Source of the DNA: Antedon mediterranea
Taxonomy: Eukaryota; Animalia; Echinodermata
Direction: 5' to 3'
Assembly (NCBI RefSeq): GCF_964355755.1
Contig: NC_092676.1
Span: 7,975,888-8,039,887 of the forward strand
Length of the DNA stretch: 64,000 nucleotides
Shown in pieces: positions 13,811 through 27,259 of this stretch; positions within the stretch are counted from its first letter, which is position 1, and each line of letters starts with the position of its first letter. The notes below the pieces were generated by a model. The model was not told where the DNA came from. It ran no database searches and saw only the letters and a list, made by a program, of their open reading frames with translations. The position numbers and the translations under genes were made by a program.

Positions 13811-14395
13811 AATACTGATATAATACAAATTTATTTTATTATTAAATATTACTAATGTTAATTGTCAGAAACACAAAACAAAACTACAGAAACCAGAGAC
13901 TGATGTTATTTTCAGAATTCAACAAGGGAAACAACAATCCTATGTATTCCGTATTCGTCCCATTTCCTCAATTCTGGGGTTAAACCAGACTTCCCAAAGG
14001 AAGTAATAACTATTATGAAATAGCACCTAGATAGATAAGACAAATGTTTTCTTTACAATGCCCTTCATTAATGAATACACATTTTATTAGTATTTAATAC
14101 GAACAACTACATAGCTGCTAAGTATTAATGTATGATCTTTATTGCATGGTTACAAACCAATTGATTCAGCCACTACAAAATATATTGATTCTTTCTATAG
14201 TTGATGAAATAACAATGCTGGTTGGTTAAGTAAGCATGAGATTTGAGAAGATATGTTGCTCTGTCAGAAGGTATATTAACAGAGGCTACGTTGTCCAAAA
14301 TCAGCTTCATATCCTTTAAATACTGATGGTAGTAAACTGCAAGAAACCTTAGAAAAACATCACCATTTTACATTGATAGTTGCTAATGTTCTTAC

Positions 14396-14809
14396 CTTCT
14401 TTGGCGGCACCTTGAGTAGTGTCTGGTACTTTCTCAGCTGTTTCTTTACTTGGTATGTCCACTGGTGTACCATCAACTGGTGTGCCGTCAGCAGGGATGG
14501 TCTCAGTTTGCTCTGGTTTACTTGGGTCTTCTGGTAAAATTTCAGAATCAGTAGCGCCACCTACTTCTGAATCAGTAGCTCCTGCTTCCGAGTCGGTGAC
14601 TATGGGCTCCGAATCAGTTATTCCGGCTTCGGAGTCTGTGATTCCGGTGTCGGAATCTGTGGTAGAAAAGGTGTTTTGTAAAGGTACTAGGGAGTCTCCA
14701 CTTTCGTCTACGATATGGTGTGAAGGCGTGTCTTGGGGTTCGGTGTCACTTGTTGGTTTAGAGGCGTCGTTTAGGCTTGGTGCTTCGGCCTCATTGCCAT
14801 TATATGCAC
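14396..14809 (-). CDS. Internal coding exon (138 codons, phase 1-1) of an unidentified gene; acidic low-complexity region with TDSE repeats
   Basis: Acceptor tattctttcag and donor AAG|gtaaga. The 414-nt frame is stop-free: GAYNGNEAEAPSLNDASKPTSDTEPQD...TTDSDTGITDSEAGITDSEPIVTDSEAGATDSEVGGATDSEILPEDP...TTQGAAKE. GC is raised, and synonymous variation among the repeats points to protein-level constraint. Confidence 0.85.
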
Positions 14810-15825
14810 CTGAAAGAATACAATATTTTTACTATTATTAAATAATGTAACTTTTTGTATCAAAGCACTCCATTGGAGAGCAGGGCTATTGTCGGTTTAT
14901 CCAGGTAAGCAGGCACGAAATAGACTTTCACTATTATACAGAAAAACAAATTTAACAATACTTATCATGATAATAATTATCATCATAGTAATAATCATGA
15001 TCACAATCAAAATCAGTGAAATCAATGATAATGAATACAAATATGGATACTGTTATTCTTCTGGATAGGTCGTGAAACGTTGCTGTTTACTAAACAAATA
15101 GAGTAACAGTTGATTAGACATTTATCTTTCCAAACTCAATGATGATGAAATGTTTTATCTTATTATAAAAACTTATTCACAAACTAATTCTTATAAAAGG
15201 TCTTATGAAGGAAATAAGGAATAATCAGCTTCAATAAAAATTAATAAAACTGTATAAACTAATGCATTAAAACAAGACTACTTAACTTATAGTTTGAAAC
15301 TTATTACCTAACTTTGTACAGTATGTTAAATTTGGTATCTTGTTATATCTATCCAATGATCAAATTGGCATCACGTTGAAAAAGGGTGGATTGGGAGATT
15401 AATAAAGTGACTTCAGATGCATGGCCCTTTATAACAGGAAGGAAGGTCGTGATATCAGCCTAGAAACTTGGCTGGTTTTAAACAAACCAAAATGGCTGAG
15501 CTTTTGTAAACAGCCGGCGGACACAAGTTCACAGTAACAAGTGAAACTTGGCTAGGTTTGACAAGACATTATGGTACTTGTAAACACTGATGATAATGTT
15601 ATGTACATTGTTTAGTTCATGGTAAAAATAAGTCAAAAACATAGAGAACACTAAAACCGTTGACCAATTTTATTCAAAAACTTTTCAAATAAAATATTAT
15701 AAGCTACTGTACCTACTGTACTATGTTTTTTTTTTTAATAAATGAGTAAAATTCTTAATAGATTTAAAATTATAACCATGGTTTCTAACAAAAAAAGTCT
15801 GCAAAGAAATTATCATAGAAATTAA

Positions 15826-15975
15826 AGCTCTGTCTACACTATCAAACTAATTTTCAAAAAATATGTGATGCTCAAATATGGTAGTGACATGCCTAATGGT
15901 ACTGATATGACATCATCGTGTCCATATACTGTAAAGGCACATTACATTTTAACATAAAGTTTGATAGTGTTGACA
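15826..15975. mobile_element. PIF/Harbinger-like MITE, family A
   Basis: TAA-AGCTCTGTCTACACTATCAAACT ... AGTTTGATAGTGTTGACA. Confidence 0.75.
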
Positions 15976-18740
15976 TCAGAGATTAACAGTATATCTACTG
16001 TCTTGCTGTAATTTTTAAAAGTGTTTTGGGAAAAATTTAAAAATTGAATTGTGTTGTCAAGAATCATTTTCCATGATACCAGGACGTGAATTACTGTAGA
16101 TACTAGGACAATCCTTATAGATTGTATATTTATTGAAACTTTACCACTTTACCCACAAAATACACAAAAAAATGAAAACATGTCGATATCAACAGGATTA
16201 TCGACCGTCCTACCATTGATTTCTTCTCTTGAATAGATTGTTAACATTAAAACAAAAAAATCTATTATTTCAATGAATTCAACAAAACTAGGAAAGGACA
16301 AATCTTAGTTGAGCATAATCCCCTTATTGTGCACAGTATCAGTCTTACTTTGATGTGCCGATACGTATCTTAACACAACATTTTCAGGTTCAGTAAATAA
16401 GTATGTCAGTGTCTAAGGTCCTGTGACCACCGAGTGGGTCGTATCGGTGACTGTACAACTGAGTAATCACATTAAATTACAACATTAATATTTAGGCACA
16501 AACTTATGTGATTTTTTTAAAGCATGAAGAACATCATAAAGAATAACTGTTTTCATCGTATTCATTTATTATATTTTTAAATGTCCACAAATTATGTCTT
16601 TATAGGCTTGGTTGTCTATGCAACAAAGTAATTGGACTGATGGCAAATTGCACTGTTTGACGAATGTCATTGAGGGAGCTTTTGATTTGTATTGACCTAA
16701 AGTCCTATGAATTAATGCATTGTCGGTCGTCGTCTGGACCTAGAAACCAAAAAAAAAACTGTGTCTCGCATGCGTACAATTAATTTACATGACCCAACTT
16801 GTTCTTAAGTTGGCGGTCTTAGCCAATGTCCCTATTGAAAGATTTCAATTAATTTTTGGGAGAGTTTTCAGATTTCAGTATTAAGTTCGGTTTTGAAATA
16901 TTTGATTTATTTTCGTCTAGTTACTTATTTTTTATTCATATGATTGAAATAAAAATTCTTTTGTAAAGAATTAAGGACGTGTAAGATATTAATAACAAAA
17001 ATAGGACATTGCTATCACAATTAAATAGTTCAAATTAGAATGTAATATTCCTTTGATAACTCTACAAGCATTCTAAATTGATTGATAGAATGACCTTTGC
17101 CCTTTCAGCAACATTACAAGTAGTCATGTTCATCAAGTCACAATGAACATTCAACAAAAACATTTGTTAAAATTAGATCATCACGAAATCATCAATACAC
17201 AAATGGACAATATCGTTACACAAAAGCGTAGAATATTTTGCATCTACTCGTAATCAGGCATAATAATTGAAGCACGAAACCGGAGTGCTGTATGAATGCA
17301 CAAAGAGAAAAAGCTCAGGAATCAGCTAATCAACCGATAAAACTTTCAATACCTCTCAAATTAAAATATTGTTAAGTCTGTAAGGCGGTAGTGTCGGTTA
17401 TGAAAGCCTAATTTGTTTGTTTATTATACTATTAGAAACACGCCCTTTAGAAATTCACACTTGTACATGCTGTGAATACATTAAAAGCTGTCATTATTTT
17501 GTCAGGACCATCAGAGTCAAAATGACAACCTCATATATTACTACTGTACACCATTACTTTAGTACTTTACGTAACTGTAGTACTGGACTCTAATAGACAA
17601 TACATGCGTCCTCCTCCCACAATTATATTTATTAATTTATGTTCTGTATATATTGTATATTGTATTGTGTGAAACAATAAACTTTAAACTTGGTTTAAAC
17701 ATTTATAGTTTATAAGTAATCTACTTTATCAATTATAAAAATTGATAATCAAATAAAATTTTAAAAAAACATTAATCGAGATGATAATGATAATTACAAG
17801 GCAGATGATGATAAAGAGCGCAATTATGATAAACTTATGACAATAAAGATGATGACAATGAAAAAGATTAGGTTGGAATGATATTGATTTTTCTAACTTT
17901 GTATGACAATGACATTCATGCAAAATATTGTGAATAATTTGTTTAATTTAAAAATAAATAAAGTCAAAATAGTAGCACAAAAACGACAAATCCATACAAT
18001 AAAAATGTTAATCCTTTTTATTACAAAAAAGGAAAAAAAAAGAACTTTGAATCAACTCGGAATTCTGGTCAAGGCAATACTGGTAATCCTCCTTAACCAT
18101 ATCGCAGTTAAAAATCAGCCAAATTTAATCAGTCTAGTTTTTGTTTTCAAAGAAAGCCTTAGGACAAAAACCACCCAATATTTTGTCTTTCTAAACTCAG
18201 TTCATATTTTAAGTGGACAAAAAATAATTGTCAACTGAGAAAAGTTACGGTAAGCAAAGAAACCATCATTTCGTCTAACTATACTATTAGATTTTGAAAA
18301 TATAATTTATATTTTTGAATTATATATTAATTTTCATGTTATTTAATTCTTTGTGATTTGTTCTACAACTTTTGATGTAAGCCTAGTTATAAAATAAATG
18401 TGATTTTAAAGAATAAATAAAATTGAAACTTCTATTAATTCTCCAATAACCACAAATTAAAAATCATTTGATTGCAAAGTCAAATTTTGTTGCATAACTT
18501 TATAATACAATACAATATGGTAAAGAATTTATGCTGACCTGTCTATGACCTACGTTAAAAAATGACAGTGTCAATTCTGACACTTTGTCACTTATTAGCT
18601 CCACCCATCAAATGCCACCTTTCACTTGTTACAGTATACTGTACAGTGAGTTTACTGTAGTAGAATATAATATTCTACTTCTTGACTTTTATTAGGATAC
18701 AGTACAGTATATGAGATAGGGATGGAGAAAAAAAGGGGGG

Positions 18741-18900
18741 GGGCGAGTCCGAGGGGTTGGGGGCGAGTCCGAGGGGTTGGGGGCGAGTCCGAGGGGTTGA
18801 GGGTGAGTCCGAGGGGTTGGGGGCGAGTCCGAAGGGTTGGGGGTGAGTCCGAGGGGTTGGGGGTGAGTCTGAGGGGTTGGGGGTGAGTCCGAGCGGTTGG
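18741..18900. repeat. GC-rich 20-bp minisatellite (GGGYGAGTCCGAGGGGTTGG) x8
   Basis: Eight contiguous units, preceded by a G run. Confidence 0.95.
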
Positions 18901-19033
18901 GGGGTGTAACACCAAGTGAGGAAAACCGTAAAAGTTCTATTTAGGTATAAATAAATGCTAATTTTGTAAGCATTATTTATAATTATATTGAATATTCTCA
19001 TAACAAAAATGTGTACAAAATATCAAAACATAC

Positions 19034-19064
19034 CTGCCCATAAATAATCAAACTTCTTAAACAT
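19034..19064 (-). CDS. Candidate alternative first coding exon (MFKKFDYLWA + phase 1) of the left gene
   Basis: ATG TTT AAG AAG TTT GAT TAT TTA TGG GCA G|gtatgt. Strong donor, phase matches exon 14809, and there is an in-frame stop upstream of the ATG. Confidence 0.3.
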
Positions 19065-20195
19065 GGATGGTTTGTTAAGGTCAGCCTTGTTAAAAATACA
19101 AACAACATGTACAGGCTTCAAGCTCGGACAAATATGTGAACGACGAATGATCTGGACGGGTCAATACGAAGCCAGAACAATCATCAAGGTTACAAACGCT
19201 CAACAGTGTGCGAATATCAATAATTGTAGCAGAAACATTTGAATTAATATTGAACTTTGCGACAGATTTGAATGGCAGAAGTCAGGAATTGGACTGTTCC
19301 ATTTATTGTGGTGGTGTGAATTTTATATTAGATTGTTCTTAGTCATCTAGTATTTTCCGATTACCATATTTTATATGGATGGGTTTGTACACTATACTGA
19401 TACTGTACATTCATTGTACTACATGTTACAAAATTATTTAAACATGTAACTAGAAATTGTTCATTTTATGATACAGAATTATAAAATATAAACGTCTTAT
19501 CGTCATTTCTATACTATTTTTCTTTCTATATTCTAGCAAACAGAAAACTGAAATAACTAATCATTGAAAAATATCTCCTGATTTACAGTAGTATTTTGGC
19601 CACTGTCCGTTAAACACATCATGGGTAAATCCAGGGGGAACACAGTAGACTTGCACAATTCCTTTTTTTCACAGCTAAAATGAAATCATGGACTATTTTT
19701 TTTACTATTTTATATGTAATAAACATTCTGATTTCGGGAAGAATTTGATCGTTGTTTTGGCACCACCGAGTAGGATGTGGTTGGTGGAAACCTACACAGG
19801 AAGACGTGGCCGATTTCTTTACAGGTTTCTCGTTTCCTGTTTATGCCATTGAGGAGAACTGAATGAAGAAATAGTGAATAGTATTGCCAAGTCAAGCGGT
19901 AAATCAAGTCATCGTTGAACTGAAGAGAGACTTCATTTGAATCTAATTATTATCTGTACAGTAGTCATAATTAGATGCCACCTAATTCCTACTAGTGTAC
20001 AGAAGTAATAGTACCAGGGAAGAGTGAAATTACATTATACACTTGTAGATATAAGGCGACAGGTCACGAAAGCCTGACTAGCAGTGTGTTGCACTTAAAG
20101 GCTATCACTGATGTCCAGCACAGTTAAAATAGCCAACACTATTATGTAGACACTTTAAAAACAAAGTGCGAAACATGATTTACAACCATTCAACG

Positions 20196-20559
20196 CCTAT
20201 TCAAGGGACACACTTATTCAAGGGACACCCTATTCAAGGGACACACCTATTCAAGGGACACGCCTATTCAAGGGACATACACTATTCAATGGACATACAC
20301 TATTCAATGGACACACACTATTCAAGGGACACACCTATTCAAGGGACACACCTATTCAAGGGTCACACTTATTCAAGGGACACCCTATTCAAGGAACACA
20401 CCTATTCAAGGGACACCACTATTCAAGAGACACACTTATTCAAGGGACACCATTTTCAAGGGACATGCCTATTTAAGGGACATCCCTATTTAAGGGATAT
20501 GCCTATTTAAGGGATATGCCTATTTAAGGGACATCCCCATTTAGGGGACATCCCTATTA
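20196..20559. repeat. 16-17 bp tandem array (CCTATTCAAGGGACACA)n derived from the family D MITE interior
   Basis: About 21 degenerate units. The same motif occurs in 1-4 copies inside the MITEs at 11464, 13715, 29514 and 36640-36720. Confidence 0.9.
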
Positions 20560-22024
20560 AAAGAACATTTTGTTGGTTTTACCTTAATATTGTTTAGTAG
20601 TAAGTAGTACACATACCTTTAATTTACAACAATGTATCCGTGATACAGTAAATCCTATAATTAATGTTAGTTTAAAGAAGTTTTTAGAAATCGTTTAAAT
20701 ACTGTAGCGAGTGAAGTTCAGCAGATCTGAGGTATGATATATCCAGAAATAAATTACCACAAATGTTGTTGAGGATTTCCTTTTATATCAATCTGGTTTG
20801 GATTTGGGTCAAGATTGGCTTTTTTGATGAACAATAAAGTGAAAAGAAGAGACAATAATGATGGTATTTAAACAACAGTAGCAAAAAAACAAATATTGTG
20901 CATTTAGTTGAATAAGGACAAGGTTGTGGATTACGTAAACGTAACAAAAAAGTTATAAAAGAATCTGTGGTGGTCGATATACACGAAGCATGAAGAGGAG
21001 GATTTTGTACAATAGCAACGTATCAAGGTTAATTTTATACAAAAGAAAGGTATCAATGAAAGACCAGTTTAAATACACATGCTCTTGGACATGTTAAGAT
21101 CATATTAAGTACTAAACCCAGAGGATATTGTACAATGAATGTGCAAACAAAAATAACTAATAACAATAATAATCTATTTGAAAGGCAAACACCATACATT
21201 TTTAATGTATTATCAGGCATGAATGCTTGTTGACATTTAGTACAATAGTAATTAGTAAACAAATAATATTTTTTATAAAACTTATATAAAATCACTCCAT
21301 TGTTGAATAAAATTTGTTTACAAATTGACTGAAGAAAAATGTTAATATTTTTAATAGTGGAGATGGTGGTATTAGAGAAAATTAAATTCTATTTTGAAAA
21401 GGATATCCTTATAGCAAAATATACACTATTATTATAAACATATTGTACTAGGTACTTCACTTGAGCAGTATGACGAAATATGCTGTCCACTTCAAAAACA
21501 AGGTCACATAATATTACACTGTACAATACACAGTAGGCAAAAGAAAATTTAATAATAATATTCTCTATGACATGACATCATGCTGGGCTCAACATTTTGA
21601 CGTCATATTATATTATGTCTTTTTGGCAAATTGGTAAAATGTTGTAAATTTATGTGATTGTACCATACTAAAAAACTGAAATGAATTCACCACTAGTAAA
21701 ATAGAATCTAATAAGTTAAGTGAGACCATAATATTGCAATACAAAAAATATAAAAATTTATTCATTTTTTGTAATTTATTAAAGACATTTCTTTACCAAA
21801 TTTTAGCCAATTATCGGTACTGTATATACACTGTACAGAAATGAATCACAAATTATGCAAGTCCCGTGTCACATGCATACCACATGCCGCCTGTATCATA
21901 GGCAATAGGCCTTACCGAACTGTAACAATAACATACTGTGAAATTAATACAGGTACAATGTGTGATACATATGTGACGCTGTATTACAGTATTTGCCTAT
22001 GGATTACTGTACATAGTATGTACA

Positions 22025-22350
22025 GTGAGTGGCCGAGCGGTTAAAACAGTGGAACCGTAATTACGTAGCCATAACATCGGCAGGGGTTCGAGGCTCACTC
22101 ACTCCATGGTTGTGGTGGTAGAACGAGTCTTCTCGGATAAGGACTATAAACCATAGGTCCAGTGTACACATCTAGCTCGTGTGCACTTTAAAGAACCTAG
22201 TACATCTTTCGAGACGAGTAGGGGCTTACCCCGGTGTATTAGTACATCACAGCCACTGATCATAAATGGGCCCTCTGGGAGGGAGGTCAGTCTTTGACTG
22301 AAGAGGTTATCCAGTATAAATATATATTTCAATCAATCAATTCAATCAAT
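22025..22350 (+). mobile_element. tRNA-derived Deu-domain SINE, near full length
   Basis: A box TGGCCGAGCGG and B box GGTTCGAGGC. Deu-like core GGATAAGGACTATAAACC...AAAGAACC...GAGTAGGGGCTTACCCCGGTGT. (CAAT)n tail. Confidence 0.85.
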
Positions 22351-22351
22351 A

Positions 22352-25300
22352 TGGGTGTTTCCATAAATAAAGGGGCCAAGGTGTGACATTAGGGTCAGAA
22401 TTTCAAAGTGTGACATTCTAAGTCTAATAATCAATTCTAAATAGTATATCATGTACTTGAACTAAAAAAAAAAGCAAAATACACATTAAATCTGTTGTCT
22501 CTATGTAACAGCATTTATATAGTATCAACATGCATAGCAAATTTCACGTGTAACGGAGACACCAAAATCACATTATCTACCCCTTTTATAAGTTATTATT
22601 AATAACCTAAAACTGTTTAAATTGGATTTTTAAATAGCTTTTGGGAACATCTTCAATGCAGAAAAATATCATTTAAATCACACCTTTTCAAATTTAAAAA
22701 ATAGCTTATGAAATAATTATGCAAAGCCGTTAAAGTTGACTTAATTTCTATATAAAAGATTTGTAAAGTCACTGCTGTTTAAAAATTACATGTAAACAAT
22801 ACAGAAATGAACAGAATATACCTCAAGTATATACATTTACTAGCAACAAGTCAAATCAGGATCATACCTCTATGTGGAAATAAAACAATATGGTTCATGA
22901 AATATAAATGGAAGATTTCACGTGTAACGGAGACACCAAATGTTCACTTTAACTCGTCACAATGTTTTATGAAATGGTTTGATATGCAGCCATTTTTAAA
23001 GTGTAACAAATGTGGTTACTACTGCATACAATTGATAAACTGGTAAAAATAGTATATCAAATACTATCTTTTAATCAATAAAACAATATAATTCATGCAA
23101 TAAAAAATTGAAGTTTCCACGTGTAACAGAGACACCAAAAAGTTCACTTAAATAAGTCAACAAGAACTACTACATTATTTTTAAAGTGTGACAACTGTAA
23201 TTACTACTGCACACAACAAACTGCTAAAATATACTATTAATAGTCATTTACAGTAAAATCATTGAGAATACATTTGGATATACTTCGCATTAACACTCTT
23301 GTTCAATCATTAAAACGTATAATCTATATAAATTTACGTAAGGGAAAAATTTGGTAAATCGCGCATTACTTTTAAAATGTTTACTCAATGGTATATAAAG
23401 TTGGTTCGTACTTTCAGTGCTGATTTTAACCACCTGATGTACAGTAACCCTGTTTAATAATTTAATTTCAGTTATGTAATTTTTTTTTATGCTGAAATTA
23501 CTGTATATTCGAGAACCGTCTGTGGGCTGATGTTTCTTTGGTTGGTCTTTTTGTTGATGCGGCATCTCTATTTTTGGGTTAAATGCAGTTCTCAATTGGA
23601 ACGGTAACATTGTTGATAAACTGCTGATCTGTATAGATGAAAAAAATGACAATGAAACATTAGATTTGCCCATCTGGGTTAAATTTGATTCATCATCATA
23701 TAGAAATATAAAGTATGTAATTAAGTATTTTTAATATAAATTATACCAATTTAAATAAAAATAAATATATCTATTATTATTATAAAATATGTTAGGCCTA
23801 CTATACTAAAGAAAGAGTTTTCTTATCTTATGTTGATGGATTATAATATTTATTATTATTAATTATAAAACAATAAATGAACACTTGTCTTTCTTGAGTT
23901 ATGCTCATAAATTGATTTGACTAAAACTATTGCTTTCTTTTCAGATTATTAGTTTAAAATATTAATTTTATTCATCAAATATTTATTATTATCATTTTAT
24001 TATTATAATAAAATTAATATGTTACTGATTATTTTGTCTTAGTTATACTGGGTATAAATGTTTTTTACGTATTATTTTTAAATGTTGTAAAATGTCTGTT
24101 GACTTTATTTCTCATTCTTTTATAATTGTTTTCAAAACCACATCGGGAAAACAGTAGACTAGTTATAATGTTGAAGTCTATGGAATATATTTAAAACGAA
24201 GAGTAAATAAAGGTTCCCCATTAAACTAAGCGCGATCTCTTTGTAGGGAGCCGACGAAGGAAGCGTGTGGGTTTTGGCCAACAAAATAAAGGTTCACCGA
24301 ACCATGACCGAAATGATACCAGTCACCCCATTTGAGCACCGGGAGTCGCCGAGCCAGCAATCACGTTGGTTTTCAATAAAAATTAAAAAATAAAGGTTCA
24401 TCAAACTGAACAGCTAAAAATAAACGCGATCTCAATTTGGAGGAGAATTTTATTAGCCAAGCACGTGGTGTTTCGGAAAACCCTATTAATAATTATCGTA
24501 CATGGAGTATACACTGTCGCTGTAGAAATACCGCCGGAGTCGCCGATCTCAATGTGGAGGAGAGTTCATTAGCCAAGCACGTGATATTTCGGAAAACCCT
24601 TAATAATTATCGTACAGACCTGTAGAAATACCAGTCACCCCTTTCAGCTTCGGAGTCGCCGAGCCAGCTAAAAATAAAGTTATCGCAATGTGGAGCAGAG
24701 TTCATTGCCCAAGCACGTGGTAATACTATCCTATTACTATTAGGAGAACCTATTGTTCTTTGTTGTTTTGATTTGATTTCGTTCATAATAAATTGTTATC
24801 CACAGCCTTGCGTTTATACTATATGTAATTGTTTTTATCAATTTAAATAAAGTTATTAATTATTATTAAATTTATAAAACCTTAGTATATCTTCCGTAGA
24901 TTGAAACAACTTAAATATTCCCTACACATCAAGTGAAATCGCCCAAATATGATAGGCGCGCATACGCGACAACCAAGTTGCTTGGACTCGCTCACTATAG
25001 TGGAGGGTATTTTAAATGTATATTATAGTAAACATTTAATTCATATTTTATCTTGTTGAATAGCAACGTTAAATAAATAAACAAAATTATGTACTAATAT
25101 TACACATTATTTTGTGTAATATGTTTTTTATTATAACTGAAATGAACCAAATACAATTCTTTTTTTTCCCACAGTAACAAATAGAATAGTCAAAAACGAC
25201 GAATTTGTTTTTATTCTGAAAGTGGTTGTAAACTATGGACTTTTATCCCTATTTCTTGTGACAATAATTAAATAACTTTTTATTTTTCTGTGTCATATAG

Positions 25301-26265
25301 AAGCAATAACCAAATAGCAAACACATAATGTAAAATTTAAAGATTTTATGGTAACTAATTGCTAATTATTTGCAAAATACTACACCAGTATAAGGTCTAG
25401 TACACTACGTAACAAGACACGGCGTATCTTCTACGATGTTACGCTGTAACCTGCCTAGTGGAAAATGTTTTGCAATTTTGCTCATTAATTTGTTAAATAT
25501 TAATCAATTATAGACATATCTGTTCGCGGATCCTAGCGATGATTTTTTTGCCGAGACTTTAGTTCGCCTGCTTCTTGAATCACGTGACCTTCAACTTCAG
25601 AAATAGCTCTCGCGGCGTTCACCACCGATGGTCTATGAATAACTACGTAACGAATATACGAGACACGAAATGTTCTAAAAAAATAGTTTTTCGTCTGTAA
25701 CTGACTAAATAAAATCGCCATTTTGTAGAACATTGTGTAAGGTAAATTTCAGTGATCTGTTGAAGTGAATGTAATTCGATTTTCGTCATTATAGTGGTAC
25801 TTCTTGTGTCTGTTCACTAATAAAGATCGTACTAACAACGTAACAAAGTGAGACACGAAATGTTACGTTGTGATGCTGGACGTCGCGGACCGTTGTGTGG
25901 AAAACAAAAAATCGTGGGAAATTGTAATTAGCTTATATTTAACGTTGCTTTGTACTCTATTGTGATGATAAATAAATACAAAATAACTATTGCTGTAGTA
26001 TATTTTTTAAACTCTGATATGTCAGTGTATTTAAATGTCACACATATTTTAATAAAATGAGCTAGACACCACGATATATTTTTTTTTAAATCGTTTTTTT
26101 TTTCAATTTTTTTTTTCCTACATGTAATAGTATTAACCCATATTATTGTTCTATCATATGATAAAATCATTTTTTAAATAACTATTACCAATTTAGAGTA
26201 AACAGCAAACTAACTATCACCAATACTAAAATACCCACTGGCCCCTTAATTTATGGAAACACCCA
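22352..26265. mobile_element. 3.9 kb non-autonomous TA-flanked TIR transposon (Tc1/mariner-like)
   Basis: TIR TGGGTGTTTCCATAAATAAAGGGGCCA at 22352 and TGGCCCCTTAATTTATGGAAACACCCA ending at 26265, with TA on both sides. Internal repeats CACGTGTAACGGAGACACCAAA x3. No transposase ORF was seen. Confidence 0.85.
23323..23460 (+). mobile_element. 5' fragment of the Helitron family seen at 47094-48841
   Basis: A|TCTATATAAATTTACGTAAGGG...GTATATAAAGTTGGTTCGTACTTTC matches the reverse complement of 48710-48841. Confidence 0.8.
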
Positions 26266-26363
26266 TATATAAATTATGTGGAGATTCAGTAGAAAGAATG
26301 TTTGGGGAAATTTATTTGATGTTATATAATATATCACAAGAGAAGCACGAACAATTTGTCTAA

Positions 26364-27259
26364 AGCCCCTTTCAGACAGAGCTGTAAGACGGTAATATTG
26401 CGGTAATTCGCGAACGCCGGCTTATGTGTGAAAGGGTAAAAACCCCTTAATGCCGGCTTCCTTTAGACCGCCTCTGGACCTAGTAAAATCGCGGTAATAT
26501 TACCGTCACGGTCGTAAGCCTGATCTGTGTGAAAGAGTCCACGATATAACGCCTGCTTACGCAGTGAAGCAAGGATAAATTCGGGACATTTTCCTTGATT
26601 GAGAAAGACTGTGGCAATTACTTTAGGCCAAATTATTAGATTATATCCATATATATATTTTTAGGTTAGTTTGTAAATAATACAATGGAAGAATACGGCC
26701 AATAATAAAAAAAATATAACATATATTGCCATTGGTCCAAAGATTATTTAACTTGCTGTAACGTTGTATACGTAAGCCTAGGCCCTAGTTAGCATAGTTC
26801 TAGCAGGAACATCCTCCGGTGCGCGCTCCCCGGTGCTAGCTCATAACAGCTTCTGATAATTAAATTCGCGTCTATTTGTAGGCCTAATAGATTTTGTTTC
26901 TGTAGAATGGCCATCACGATCGGGCAGTTTAGCACGGAGTGGTGTTGGGCAAAAATATAGATTTTATGCATCGTAAATAAAAACCAATAAAACTAAACGA
27001 CGGACACACAAAACAACATCAGCAAACATGTGCGCGCATGGCATGTTTTGTCGCCGGTGCCCGCCATTTTTTTTTTCTCTAAAAGTGCGACCTCTATTTT
27101 ATGAAGACTGTAATCTTTAAAATATTGCGCCTTTTCACTGTGGCCTTTCACACAGAAGACGGTAAAATTACCGTAATATTACCTTTTGTGTGAATGGGTT
27201 TAGACCGGCAATAACGCCGGCTTGCTTACCGCAATATTGCCGAAGTTCTGTGTGAAAAG
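26364..27259. mobile_element. PIF/Harbinger-like non-autonomous element, family C
   Basis: TAA-AGCCCCTTTCAGACAGAGC..CGGTAATATTGCGGTAA at the left and TTACCGCAATATTGCCG..TCTGTGTGAAAAG at the right. Subterminal TGTGTGAAA / CGGTAATATTACC motifs are repeated. Confidence 0.7.

Noticed and set aside
14419-14841. 140-aa plus-strand ORF with SESV repeats
   Set aside because: It is the antisense shadow of the minus-strand exon 14396-14809, which has the splice signals.
18652-20510. Pro-rich and HLFKG-repeat ORFs
   Set aside because: They are translations of the 20-bp and 17-bp tandem repeats.
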